Shown piece after piece: positions 24,701-36,899 of a DNA stretch of 64,000 nt. Position 1 is the stretch's first letter; each line of letters opens with the position of its first letter. The notes under the pieces were generated by a model. It did not search any database, had not been told where the DNA came from, and worked only from the letters and a program-made list of their open reading frames with translations. The stretch comes from Chrysemys picta bellii (Eukaryota): positions 1,116,001 through 1,180,000 of the forward strand of contig NC_088794.1 of assembly GCF_011386835.1 (NCBI RefSeq), read 5' to 3'. Position numbers and translations under genes: made by a program.

Positions 24701-26910
24701 CGCCTGGGGGTACTTCCCCCAGAAATGGACCTGGTGAGTGCAGGAGGTAATGGGGGGACAGAGCCCCGGGCGAGGCTGGGGGTGCCAGGCGCAGGGCAGG
24801 GGATGGGAAAGGGGGTGCACAAACCCTGGGGGGTGGAGCCGGGGTGTCAGGCGCAGGGCAGGGGATGGGAAAGGGGGCGCACAAACCCTGGGGGGTGGAG
24901 CCGGGGTGCCAGGCGCAGGGCGGGGGATGGGAAAAGGGGCGCACAACCCCTGGGGGGTGGAGCCGGGGTGCCAGGCACAGGGCGGGGAAAGGGGGGTGAG
25001 GCCGGGAGCAGTCAGCGGTCTGGTCTCATCCCTGCCCGCAGGTATCTGGCTGAGCGGGGCCTGGCCGAAGGACATGGCCCCCCCCGGTTCCCCTCCCCCT
25101 ACGGCCCGGCGGAGCGGGACGGGGTCTACCAGACCTTCAGCCTGGAGGGCTGGGCGGGGCGCAGCGGGCACGACGCCCCCATGATCGCCTACGACGCGCT
25201 GCTGGGCGCTGGCGACTGCTGGGACGAGCTCTGCAGCCGGGCCATGTTCCACGGGGGTGAGTCCGGCTGCCCCAGAGCCAGCCGCATCCCCGGCCCCACC
25301 ATGCCCTAGGGCCAGCCGCACCCCTTATGCTGCATCCCAGAGCCAGCCGCATCCCCGGCCCCACCGTGCCCTAGGGCCAGCCGCACCCCTTATGCTGCAT
25401 CCCAGAGCCAGCCGCATCCCCGGCCCCACCGTGCCCTAGGGCCAGCCGCACCCCTTATGCTGCATCCCAGAGCCAGCCGCATCCCCGGCCCCACCGTGCC
25501 CTAGGGCCAGCCGCACCCCTTATGCTGCATCCCAGAGCCAGCCGCATCCCCGGCCCCACCGTGCCCTAGGGCCAGCCGCACCCCTTATGCTGCATCCCAG
25601 AGCCAGCCGCATCCCCGGCCCCACTGTGCCCTAGGGCCAGCCGCACCCCTTATGCTGCATCCCAGAGCCAGCCGCATCCCCGGCCCCACCGTGCCCTAGG
25701 GCCAGCCGCACCCCTTATGCTGCATCCCAGAGCCAGCCGCATCCCTGGCCCCACCACGCTCCAGGGCCAGCCGCACCCCCAGTCCCGCTGCTCCCCAGAG
25801 CCAGCCGCACCCCAGGGTCAGCCGCCTCCCAACTCTGAGCCCTGTATAACCAGCCCCCTCCGCCCGCCGCATCCTGGCCCCGATGTTGGTATACACAGCT
25901 CCTAGAGCCCTGCCCCAGAGCCAGCCGCATCCAAACTCCAATATACACAGCCCCCAGCTCCCTGCCCCAGAGCCAGATGCATCCTTGCCCTGATGCTGGT
26001 ATACACAGTGCCCGGCATCCCGTCCCAGAGCCAGCTGCATCTCGGCCCCCATATACACAGCCACCAGCACCCTGCCCTAGAACCAGCTGCATTCTGGTCC
26101 CGATGCCAGTATACACAGTCCCCGGTGTCTCACCCCAGAGCCAGCTGCATCTCGGCCCCCATATACACAGCCACCGGCACCCTGCCCTAGAACCAGCCGC
26201 ATTCTGGTCCCGATGCCAGTATACACAGTCCCCGGTGTCTCACCCCAGAGCCAGCTGCATCTCGGCCCCCATATACACAGCCACCAGCACCCTGCCCTAG
26301 AACCAGCTGCATTCTGGTCCCGATGCCAGTATACACAGTCCCCGGTGTCTCACCCCAGAGCCAGCCGCATCCCGATGCCAGTACACACAGCTCATGGCCC
26401 CAGAGACTACCTCACCCCGGTTGACCCCGGCCAGACTCTCCCAGCTGGGGCAGGGCCCAGGGCGACCCCCAAACTCATCCTCCTGCCTGGCCAACCTCCC
26501 TGCCCCCTCCAGGACTGTGCCCCTGCTGTGCTCCAGCTTCCACAGGCCCTGCTCAGCCCCCCAACCTCCACGGCTGCAGTGGGGCAGGTTAATTGGCCTA
26601 GTCCGACCCACACTGACCCACTCAGGGCTCGTGTGGGGCAAACACCCCATTGCAGGATCCCCATGTGCCCAGCCCCCGCCCCAGAGGGGTCCCCGGGTGC
26701 CCCACCCCAGAGGGGCCGCGTCTCACCTGTGCCGATCTCCCCGCAGGAGACAGCGACTCGACGGGCGTCATTGCAGGGTGCTGCTGGGGGCTGGCGCACG
26801 GGCTGGCCGGGGTCCCCGAGGGGAATCACCGACACCTGGAGTACCGGCACCGCATGGAGGCAGCCGCCGACCGGATCCACGCCCTGGCCTGGGGGGAGAG
26901 CGCCCCGTGA
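21758..26910 (+). CDS. ADP-ribosylarginine hydrolase (ARH1/ADPRH)-like, 8 coding exons; three 1-bp homopolymer indels, probably assembly errors
   Basis: Exons 21758-21768, 22093-22317, 23494-23592, 23894-23999, 24214-24293, 24550-24733, 25042-25256, 26747-26910. Motifs [81 protein letters not shown]. Confidence 0.88.
22415..23334. mobile_element. Solo LTR (family B) in ARH1-like intron 2, TSD GGGGC
   Basis: TGTGAC...GTCACA; second copy at ~27700-29649. Confidence 0.8.
25271..26390. repeat. Intronic VNTRs: 65-bp unit x~8 (25271-25760) and 110-bp unit x3 (~26030-26370)
   Basis: cccagagcc recurs at 25271, 25336, 25401, 25466, 25531, 25596, 25661, 25726; ccagctgcatctcgg recurs at 26031, 26141, 26251. 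Confidence 0.9.
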
Positions 26911-27699
26911 GCGGGGGGACCCCGCTCTGCCCGGACACCTGGGTTCCTTCTTAACCCCACCACCCTGGCCTCCCACCCTGCACTCAACAGCCAACCCCAC
27001 CCCAGGCCAGGGCTGGATTTGGGGGGTCCCCCATTCCCCAGATACATGGGGGAGGGGCACCAAATTCCCATCCCCCCCAGTGTTCGCTCCTGGCACCCCA
27101 TGAGCCACGGGACCCCACTCGCTAGCACCTCCTACTGCTGCACCCAGGACACCAGGTCTCCCGGGTCAGCGTCGCTGCTCCTGGCACCATCCTGCTCAAT
27201 AAACCCGTCTCCTGCTGTCCCATGCCGGCGGGGGTCATTTCAGGGGGGCCCGGGGCCTGTGCCAAGGAGCAGGCATCCCCTGGGGGATGGGCGAGGCCAG
27301 GGTGCAGGGGAGGAGTGGCCAGAACCCAGGCGTCCTGCTCCCTGCAGCGCAGCACCCCCAGCACCCCACTGATCCCAGCACTGACTGCCAGGGAAGGGCC
27401 CCCCACAGCCCCCCACGCCGGCTGCCTGCTGTGCTGTCCTTTCCTAGTCCTGCTCTGCAATCCCCCAGGGCCACCTTCCCGCAGGCCTTGTGCCCCAGCG
27501 GGGGAGATCAGCCCCCCAGGAACCCAGGCCCCCCTCTGCTCTAAGGGCTGTGCCCCCAAACCTGTTACTGGCTCCCCAGAGGGGCCTGCAGCCCCCAACT
27601 TTCTGCTCAGCCCCACCCGGCTGGGCCCCATCAGCCATTAAACCAGCTCCTGTCAGCGCCCACCCGCTCTTCCCCCAGCTGCTCCCAGCTCTGGTCATT

Positions 27700-29649
27700 G
27701 GCCTCCGCCAGCCAGCCGAGGTCACTCAATCCGGGTGAACTGCAAACAGAACGGGGCACCAATGTTGTACTTGAAGTACTGCCCAGGATCTTTTCAGGGG
27801 GAATAAGGCAAAACGCCACATTTATTAGCAATACATGTATTCATTAACACTGTATCATATACATATAATATATTACACTTACACTCACACACACACACAA
27901 ACACACTCCGTCTTGTTGTTACCAATTAGTTGCTCCCCTTAACTTCACTGGCCAGGTGAGTTAGATGGGGGAGGGGGTGGAGCCGGGCTTCTGCCGATCC
28001 GGATCGATGCTCCAATGTTGACAAGACGAGACCCGGGGTCCTCTGCAAGACACCTCACTTTTATAGCAGCTTTCCTCTCATGCAAATCTAGACCAGATTC
28101 AAACTCTGTGTCTGTGTCCATTGGTCCTTTGTGCTGCTTTCTTTTGAGTGTTGTCCCAATGCTGCAAAGAGGGTGTTTCCAAAAGAAGGTGCTTGCTTCT
28201 AACCCCGGAGGCCGTCAGTATGTCTGCTTGTCTTTAATGAGCCCACTTGACACGTTTTATTGTCCTTGGGTCTGGCTCCCAGCCCCTCTCCAACAGTTGA
28301 GGCTGTCTGGAGGTGCTGCCTTCCATGCCTTGCTCATCCACACCTCATTCATTCAACAGAGCAATTGATTAAGAGTGGGGGGGGGGGGAGAGCTCTTGTT
28401 CTACTGCTAGCAAACAGAAATTTTTCTTCTATCTTATTCTATCCTTAGGGGCTATAATATTATACCAAGGGCAATGCAAAGTTTCTAAATGAGGCTTTGA
28501 TACAAAGTCCCATGAAAACAGAAAAAAGAAGAACAGGAGTACTTGTGGCACCTTAGAGACTATGAAAACAGAGGTCACACATGGGTAGACCCACCACAAG
28601 GTTATATGAAGAGGCACAATGTAAAGTCATATGAAAATTATCAGAGATTTATCTACACCAAACCCCAAACGCTGGTGGATCTTCCAATACTTAGATTTAC
28701 CAACCAGCCTCTGTATTACCTCACTGGTTACTCAGAGTCCAACCAACGCAGTTCCTTAAAGTGCCCAGCGTCCGGCCTCCGTCCAGACACACGTCAGATA
28801 TGATGAGGATTCCTGACAATCTGATCTCATCACATAAAAGAAAAGGTTCTTCCAACCCCAAAGGATCAGCCACACACCCAGGTCCAATGATAACTTAGAT
28901 CTTACCCCAAAATACACCCTATAGCCAATTCTTATTAACTAAACTAAAATGTATTAAAAAAGAAAAGCGAGAGAGTGTTGGTTAACAGATCAATCTACAG
29001 ACAGACTTGAATTCAATGCTTGAGGTTCAGATACAGCAGAGATGAGCTTGTAGCTGCCAAAAGTCCTTTTAGAAATAGTCCAGAGGTTATAGTCCAATGT
29101 CCATATTCAGGGTGGCTCCAGTCAGTGACTGGGGATCTCAATCCTTGTGGCTTAAGATTTCCCCCTCTTGAAACCCAAAGCAGATCTGAGATGAAGCAGG
29201 ATCGTGTCCCAGGGTCTTATACATTTCCAGCAGCCTTTCGGCCTGAGAAAACAATAGGCTTAATTCTCCTTCCAAACATCCTGGCAATTAGCACAGGGTC
29301 ATTTATCCATTAAACAGTTCAGATCCAGGTTACCACAACCTTCAAAGAGACAGAGACAATAATACTATTTCCCTCAAGTATCAACATAAATATTAATATT
29401 CCTGTTTTGATCTGTGAATCAAAGCTCTAGCGATAGACCAGACTTGTTTGCTGATCCCACAAGCCCTGAGCACCCAGCTCCCGTCTACCTCTAACAGCCC
29501 CGGCTGCATTTCCCAGCTCTGCTCATGAACAGATCTTCTGAACCAGTCGCTACAGTTGGGCCCTGGGTCAGGTCAGTCTGGGAGGTAATTAACTCTTTCT
29601 GGCCCTGTCACCTTCCAATGAGATATTAGATCACACTCATAATGTCACA
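27700..29649. mobile_element. Family-B LTR copy interrupted by the 27763-28657 solo LTR
   Basis: Matches 22415-23334 on both sides of the insertion. Confidence 0.75.
27763..28657 (-). mobile_element. Solo LTR, inverted copy of 590-1431, 4-bp TSD CCAA
   Basis: TGTTGTA...TCTACA; CCAA at 27759-27762 and 28658-28661; empty site visible in 22415-23334. Confidence 0.85.
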
Positions 29650-31249
29650 CTCCCCCAAAATCCCCAACCTCAATTGTCCCCCCACTCTGAGCCCCCCGGC
29701 TGGGCAGTCAGGTGGACAGGACATCTGAGTTCCTGGTCTTGTCCTCCTGCCCCATTGTCCACATGCAGCCCGGGGGAAGCCACCTGCCATGGAGACAGGC
29801 AGGAAACCCATTGGCCGAGAGTGGGTTCTCCCTTGGGCCCCTCCCACCAGGGTGATGTGCAGAGACAGCCTGGGCACCGCCCCAAAGGACAAACTGGGGC
29901 CACGGGGCTAAGTCTGTCCCATTCGCGCCCCCCACCCTGTGTGATAACCAGAGCAAGACACCTGCTGAGAGGCTCAGTGAGAATCCAGAACGATACCACA
30001 CAAGAACCCAAATCAAGGAGAGAAGAAGCAGGCTGCTCCCTGTGTCAGGGAGAGACAAAGCAGGCTGCTCCCCGCGGCAAAGGGCTTCACTCACCCCCTG
30101 GCTCTAGGCTGGCTACCCCACTGACTCTCCACACTGACAAACTGCCCCCAAAAGGCCCCGTCTCCACTGCACCCTGCAGCCAGCTCAGCTCTGTGGGGGG
30201 AGAACGGGGGGAGGCTGGACTAACTTACAGCATTAAAGGCTGCACTGGGTGAGCTGCATTCACACTAGCAGCACTTTGCTGTATTGGGGGGCCGGGGGGA
30301 TCAGGCGGTGGGAGCCTTGCGGGGGGGAGTTTTCTTAAGGTAGAATTGACAAAGCAGGGTCTCACAGGGTAGAATAGTGGGGGGGCTAAGGGACACCCCC
30401 ATATCTCGGGGGACTCTGGGCAAGCAGAGGGGGATTCTGCCCCCACCCTCTGACTGAAGCCCCCAGTGGAGGGGGAGCTGAGCTGGGTTTTCTGGGGTCT
30501 CTTGCAACTCCCACCGTAACAGAGGGGGGCCATCCCATATCACCCAGCAGAGAGGGGCCCCTGCCCTAGAGGAAGGGCTTCACCCCCACCCCCACCCCAT
30601 GGGGGGAATCTCCTGTAACGGACACCGGTGATATCCCATAAGAGACCCCAGCCCCACCCCATGCCCCACGATGGGATTGAACCCCAGAATGGGGTCCTAC
30701 ACCCCACAATTCCCCCCTGCAAAGCTTGCCATCCCATAATACCCCCAGCCCCATATGCTCAGTGCCCCAGAGATGGGTGTTAGCCCTCCCTCCACAACCG
30801 GGTTCTGGGAACCAAGGTTCCTGCGTCCCAAAATTTCCACCTTAAAAGCTTTGGAGGGGACACCCCATGAGACCCCCTGCCCCACCTTTGCAGGGGGGCT
30901 GAGCTGCAGGGAGCGCCCCGTGGGGGTCACAAAGGGGATGTGAACCCAGGACCCTAATCAGAGACATGGCACTGAGCCCTCTGCATCTGAACCCAGGCAT
31001 CCTGGCTCCCAGCCCCCCTGCTCCAACCACCAGCCCACACTCCTCTCCCAGAGCTGGGGAGAGAACCCAGGAGTCCTGGCTCCCAGCCCCCCCTGCTCTA
31101 ACCCCCCAGCCCCGACTCCCCTCCCAGAGCCAGGGAGTGAACCCAGGCGTCCGGGCTCCCAGCCCCTGTGCCAGCCAGCAGATGTTGGCCAGGCGGGTTT
31201 ATCCAGCAGCTGCCCTGGTCAGGATGGCGACAGGTCGCGGGGGTGAGGA

Positions 31250-31278
31250 TAATCCCCTGACGTGGGAGCGACTATAAA
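31250..31278 (+). promoter_or_regulatory. CABP5 proximal promoter: OTX2/CRX-type TAATCC site and TATA box
   Basis: TAATCC at 31250-31255 and TATAAA at 31273-31278, ~75 nt upstream of the ATG. Confidence 0.6.
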
Positions 31279-31351
31279 CCCCCCCACCCAGCCTGGCACG
31301 GCCGCCTCCTCCTCCAGCCACGGCTCTGGCTCCGGGGCAGCCGCCGGCACC

Positions 31352-33434
31352 ATGCAGAACGCCCTGGGGCCCGCCTGCATCTTCCTGCGCAAGGGCATCG
31401 CCGAGAAGCATGGGGTGAGACGCCTGGTTCTGCGAGGGGAGCGGGGGCTGGGAGCCCGGATGCCTGGGTTCTCTCCCGGCTCTGGGAGAGGAGTGGGGGC
31501 TGGTGGGTTAGAGCAGGGGGGGCTGGGAGCCAGGACTCCTGGGTTCTCTCCCGGCTCTGGGAGGGGAGGGGGCTGGTGGGTTAGAGCCGGGGCGGGGCTG
31601 GGAGTCCGGACACCTGGGTTCTCTCCCCAGCAGGACCGCACTGGGTCCCTGAGTGTGTCTCTTTATTGCAGCACCGGGAGCTGGGAGCCGATGAAATCGA
31701 AGGTAAGAAGCCCACAGGAGGGGAGTGGGATCTAGTGATTAAAGCAGGGAAGGAGGGGTGGGGCTGGGAGCCCGGACGCCTGGGTTCTCGTTGCAGCCCA
31801 AAGGAGAGAGGGGTCTAGTAGGTTGGTGCAGGAGCCCCCAGTACTAGCCCCACCCCCAGGAGGGCTGTGGGGGAACACAGGTGCTGCAGGTAGGGAGGGG
31901 GCCCAGCAGTCCTGGGTTCCCCCCGGGGGGGAGCTCAGCCCGGACGGCAGGGGGGGCCCAGCCCGGTGGGGGGGGATCAGCAAGGTGGGGGGGGGCCCAG
32001 CCCGGCAGGGGGGCTCAGCCCAGCAGGGGGGGCCCAGCCCAGCGGGGTGGGGGGCTCAGCATGACTGCAGGGGGCCCAGCCCGGTGTGGAGGGCTCAGCC
32101 CGGCGGTTCCCGGCAGAGCTGCGCGAGGCCTTCGCGGAGTTCGACAAGGACAAGGACGGGCTGATCGGCTGCAAGGACCTGGGCAACCTGATGCGCACCA
32201 TGGGCTACATGCCCACCGAGATGGAGCTCATCGAGCTCTCGCAGCAGATCAACATGAACCGTGAGCCGGGGCTTCACGGGGTGACCGGGGGGGCTCCTAG
32301 CGGGGGGGTGCTTGGGAAGGGATGGGGCTCCTGGCAGGGCGGTGCTCGGGAAGGGACGGGGCTCCTGGCAGGGCGGTGCCCGGGAGGGGACGGGGCTCCT
32401 AGCAGGGGGGTGCCTGGGAGGGGACAGGGCTCCTAGCAGGGGGGTGCCCGGGAGGGGACGGGGCTCCTGGCAGGGGGGTGCCTGGGAGGGGGCGGGGCTC
32501 CTGGCAGGGCGGTGCCCGGGAAGGGGCGGGGCTCCTGGCAGGGGGGTGCCCAGGGGAGTGGGGCTCCTAGCAGGGGACCCCCGGCTGACCCCCACCTCCC
32601 ATTGCAGTGGGGGGCCGGGTGGATTTCGAAGACTTCGTGGAGCTGATGACACCCAAGCTGCTGGCCGAGACGGCCGGTATGATCGGGCTGCAGGAGATGA
32701 GGGACGCCTTCAAGGAGGTGAGGGAGAGAGAACCCAGGCGTCCGGGCTCCTAGCCCCCCCCGGCCCTAACCCCCCTCCCCTCCCAGAGCCAGGAGAGAAC
32801 CCAGGAGTCCGTGCTCCCAGCCCCTGGCTCTAACCCCCCTCCCAGGGCTGGGAGAGAACCCAAGTGTCTGGGCTCTCAGCCCCCTCTCAGAGCCAGGGAG
32901 CGAACCCAGGAGTCCTGACGGCTGCCCCCTCCCCCCCCCCCCCGCAGTTTGACACCAACGGGGATGGGGAGATCACGCTGGACGAGCTGCAGCTGGCCAT
33001 GCAGCGCCTCATGGGCGAGCGGCTCACCCCCCGCGAAATCAGCGACGTGGTCAAGGAGGCCGACATCAACGGGGACGGGACCGTCGACTTCGAGGGTACG
33101 TGGGACGCCCTGGGGGATTGTGGGTAACGTGCCGCTCGGCCAGAGCCCACACGGGTCACGCCCCATGGCCCTGGCAAGGGATTGTGGGTAACGCGCCGCT
33201 CGGCCAGAGCCCACACGGGTCACGCCCCACGGCCCTGGCAAGGGATTGTGGGCCGGTGTTGGTGGACCATGGCCTGCCAGCTCTAAGAGGGGATTGTGGG
33301 TAAGGCACACTTGGTGTGAGTGGCGCAGGGCTTCTGGGGGCTGGGATCCCCTGGTGGGGTGGCTCCGTGGGGCTGGGATCGGTACTAATGGGGGTCTTTC
33401 CCCTGTAGAGTTTGTGAAGATGATGTCACGCTGA
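31352..33434 (+). CDS. CABP5: Calcium-binding protein 5 (EF-hand, CaBP family), 173 aa
   Basis: Exons 31352-31414, 31672-31702, 32117-32260, 32608-32717, 32948-33095, 33409-33434 (522 nt). Peptides [59 protein letters not shown] match CABP5 as recalled. AATAAA at 33784. Confidence 0.93.
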
Positions 33435-33989
33435 GGGGGCCGAGCCCCGCCAAGATCAGAGACTGACCTTGGAGGGGGGGGTCGAGCCCAACTGGCTGTC
33501 AAGACACCACCACGAGTGACTCCCAAATTGCTGCGTCCTGCCCCCCCACCTCCCTGCCAACTACCCCCAGAGTCCCCAATGCCTTCCCCAGCCCCCTCCC
33601 ACAGCCTTCCCCCACACCATGTCCCCCCAGACCTCCACCGCCCCCAGCACTCACTCACCTCCCCCTCCACTCCCCACGGTCCTTCCTTTCCTGTCCCCCC
33701 CGCCCCATGGTTCTCTGGATCCCACCGTCCCCCCAGGTCTCCTCCCCGGACCCCTCCACCACAGACACGCAGCCCTTGTGTGCAATAAAAGCCGTGTGCT
33801 GAACCCAGGCGTCCGAGGGAGGCTTTCTTGGCCAGGGGATCACGGTTACAACGCGGCAGCGGGGGCTGGGGGGAGGCCGAGCCGAGCGCAGGGTGAAGGG
33901 CTTAGAGTCAATAATCACAGCCCGCGGGGACAACATATGGATGGGAATAACCGGCTTAGCATGGGTGGCTGGGGGGGCAAGGCAGGGCA

Positions 33990-34935
33990 CGGCTGGGCTG
34001 GCAGGGGCTGCAGGTCGGGAGTGAGGGGCAGCGGCAGAGCTGGGGGGGCAGGGGGCTGCGGGTCGGGAGTGAGGGGCAGCGGCAGGGCTGGGGGGGCAGG
34101 GCTGGGCTAGCAGGGGCTGCGGGTCGGGAGTGAGGGGCACCGGCAGAGCTGGGGGGGCAGGGCTGGGCTAGCAGGAGCTGCGGGTCGGGAGTGAGGGGCA
34201 TCGACAGAGCTGGGGGGGGGCAGGGCTGGGCTAGCAGGGGCTGCGGGTCGGGAGTGAGGGGCATCGACAGAGCTGGGGGGGGCAGGGCTGGGCTAGCAGG
34301 GGCTGCGGGTCGGGAGTGAGGGGCATCGACAGAGCTGGGGGGGGGCAGGGCTGGGCTAGCAGGGGCTGCGGGTCGGGAGTGAGGGGCATCGACAGAGCTG
34401 GGGGGGGCAGGTCCGGGCTGGCAGGGGCTGCAGGTCGGGAGTGAGGGGCATCGACAGAGCTGCGGGGGGGCAGGGCTGGGCTGGCAGGGGCTGCGGGTCG
34501 GGAGTGAGGGGCACCGGCAGAGCTGGGGGGGGGGGCAGGGCTGGGCTGGCAGGGGCTGCGGGTTGGGAATGAGGGGCACCGGCAGAGCTGCGGGGGGGCA
34601 GGGCTGGGCTAGCAGGGGCTGCGGATCGGGAGTGAGGGGCACCGGCAGAGCTGCGGGGGGGCAGGGCTGGGCTAGCAGGGGCTGCGGGTCGGGAGTGAGG
34701 GGCACCGGCAGGGCTGGGGGGGGGCAGGGCTGGGCTAGCAGGGGCTGCGGGTCGGGAGTGAGGGGCATCAACAGAGCTGGGGGGGCAGGGCTGGGCTGGC
34801 AGGGGCTGCGGGTCGGGAGTGAGGGGCACCAGCAGAGCTGGGGGGGGGCAGGGCTGGGCTGGCAGGGGCTGCGGGTCGGGAGTGAGGGGCATCGACACAG
34901 CTGGGGGGGGCAGGGCTGGGCTGGCAGGGGCTGCG
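33990..34935. repeat. ~60-bp minisatellite x~15
   Basis: Same unit as 18380-18730. Confidence 0.9.
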
Positions 34936-34989
34936 GGTCGGGAGTGAGGGGCACCAGCATGGCAGCCCGTCCCCCTGTCCTCCCCAGGC

Positions 34990-35120
34990 ACAGCTGTCTG
35001 TCATTAGGGGCTGAGATTAAATTGCGGCTTCAGCTCCAATCCTGGGAGTTTTTAATCCGGAAATATCGTTAAATGAAACGAGCAGCCGAGCCGGATAATC
35101 CCCCCGGCGCCCTGGGATTG
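34990..35120. promoter_or_regulatory. Putative retinal enhancer: cluster of K50 homeodomain sites
   Basis: AGATTA 35014-35019, TAATCC 35053-35058, TAATCC 35096-35101, GGATTG ~35115, E-box CAGCTG 34991; locally AT-richer unique sequence between two VNTRs. Confidence 0.5.
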
Positions 35121-35419
35121 CTCCAGCACCTGGGTGTCCTGGGGCTGAGATCGGGGGTGGGGGAGTCCGTGGGTCTGTGGCACTGCAGGGAGATGGACGT
35201 ACCCGCAGCCCCCCGCCAGCCCAGCCCTGCGGTGCCCCTCACTTCCGACCCGCAGCCCCTGCCAGCCCTGGGCCCCTCCCCAGCTCTCTACCACTCCCTC
35301 CCCCTTCAGTTCCTGCTCCCTGGCTCTACACCCCAGCGCTCGGCTGTGTACAGACACATCCTGCTCTCATGGGAGGGGCTGAGACCCTGCGCCCCAAACA
35401 ACGGGACCCCCGATCTCGC

Positions 35420-36180
35420 TCACCGCGGGTCTGTGCCGTGCCCGGCCCGATGGGCCCCGATCTCGCTCCCCGCGGGTCTGCGCCACGCCCGGCCCGATGG
35501 GCCCCGATCTCGCTCCCCGCGGGTCTGCGCCACGCCCGGCCCGATGGGCCCCGATCTCGCTCCCCGCGGGTCTGCGCCACGCCCGGCCCGATGGGCCCCG
35601 ATCTCGCTCCCCGCGGGTCTGCGCCACGCCCGGCCCGATGGGCCCCGATCTCGCTCCCTGCAGGTCTGTGCCGTGCCCGGCCCGATGGGCCCCGATCTCG
35701 CTCCCTGCGGGTCTGTGCCGTGCCTGGCCCGATGGGCCCCGATCTCGCTCCCCACGGGTCTGCGCCACGCCCGGCCCGATGGGCCCCGATCTCGCTCCCC
35801 ACGGGTCTGCGCCACGCCCGGCCCGATGGGCCCCGATCTCGCTCCCTGCGGGTCTGTGCCGTGCCTGGCCCGATGGGCCCCGATCTCGCTCCCCACGGGT
35901 CTGCGCCACGCCCGGCCCGATGGGCCCCGATCTCGCTCCCTGCGGGTCTGTGCCGTGCCTGGCCCGATGGGCCCCGATCTCGCCCCCCACGGGTCTGCGC
36001 CACGCCCGGCCCGATGGGCCCCGATCTCGCTCCCCACGGGTCTGCGCCACGCCCGGCCCGATGGGCCCCGATCTCGCTCCCTGCGGGTCTGCGCCACGCC
36101 CGGCCTGATGGGCCCCGATCTTGCTCCCTGCGGGTCTGCGCCGCGCCCGGCCCGACAGGCCCCGATCTCGCTCCATCCCC
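35420..36180. repeat. 47-bp CpG-dense VNTR x~16
   Basis: Unit gcccggcccgatgggccccgatctcgctccccgcgggtctgcgccac. Confidence 0.92.
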
Positions 36181-36899
36181 ACTGCTGTGAGCAGTGGGAC
36201 CCACTGCCCTGCGGCGGAGTTAAGGCCCTTGGGCTGAGGGGTCAGTTCACACCAGGGCCCCGGCCGGGCTGCTGGCTCACATACAGGCCCCGATCCCTGG
36301 AGCTCTCACACTCGCTGGGCCTGTTCCCCGATGCAGACCGCGGAGGCTGGGACCCTGCCAGAGCAGGTGGCACGTAGGGGAGTGGGGGCCCCGTACACCG
36401 TGTGTGCCCCACTGAGAGTCCTGGAGAGAAGTGGGGGGAAGGGCTGGGAAGGAACCCCAGTGCAGGGGGAAGGGGAGTCATAGTCTGTGACTCAGGACTC
36501 CTGGGTTCTCTCATGCATCTGAGAGGGATGTGGGGTTTAGTGGTTTAGAGCAGGGGGGCTGGGAGCCAGGACTCCTGGGTTCTCTTGCGGCTCTGGGAGG
36601 GGCGTGGGGGCTGGTGGGGTAGAGCCAGGACTCCTGGGTCCCAAGCTGCTCTCTGTGATGTTGTCAGAGGGTGGGCTCCACCCGTTCGTTAGCGCTGATT
36701 GCACCAGGGTGTGGCCAGGCAGTGCCGGGGGGAGGGGATATATCAGACCCCTGTGGAGGCCCAGTAGGGAGCTAGTGAGCAGGGGGAGGGGGTTTCCCTG
36801 GGGTAGGGCTTTGGGGTGCAGTGTGTCTTGCACAGCTGGGTGCCTGGGGCCTCCCCAGGGGTGAGCTCCCTGCCCCCAGGCTGACCTGCCCCCTCAGCC

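Noticed and set aside
25271-25760. Regular repeats superficially like a CRISPR array
   Set aside because: Head-to-tail units with no unique spacers, in a eukaryotic intron, with no cas genes.
33655-35072. Long Pro/Gly-rich ORFs
   Set aside because: Minisatellite translations with no splice or domain support.
35073-36377. 434-aa and overlapping 200-340-aa ORFs
   Set aside because: They are translations of the 47-bp VNTR, open in several frames on both strands because of GC richness.
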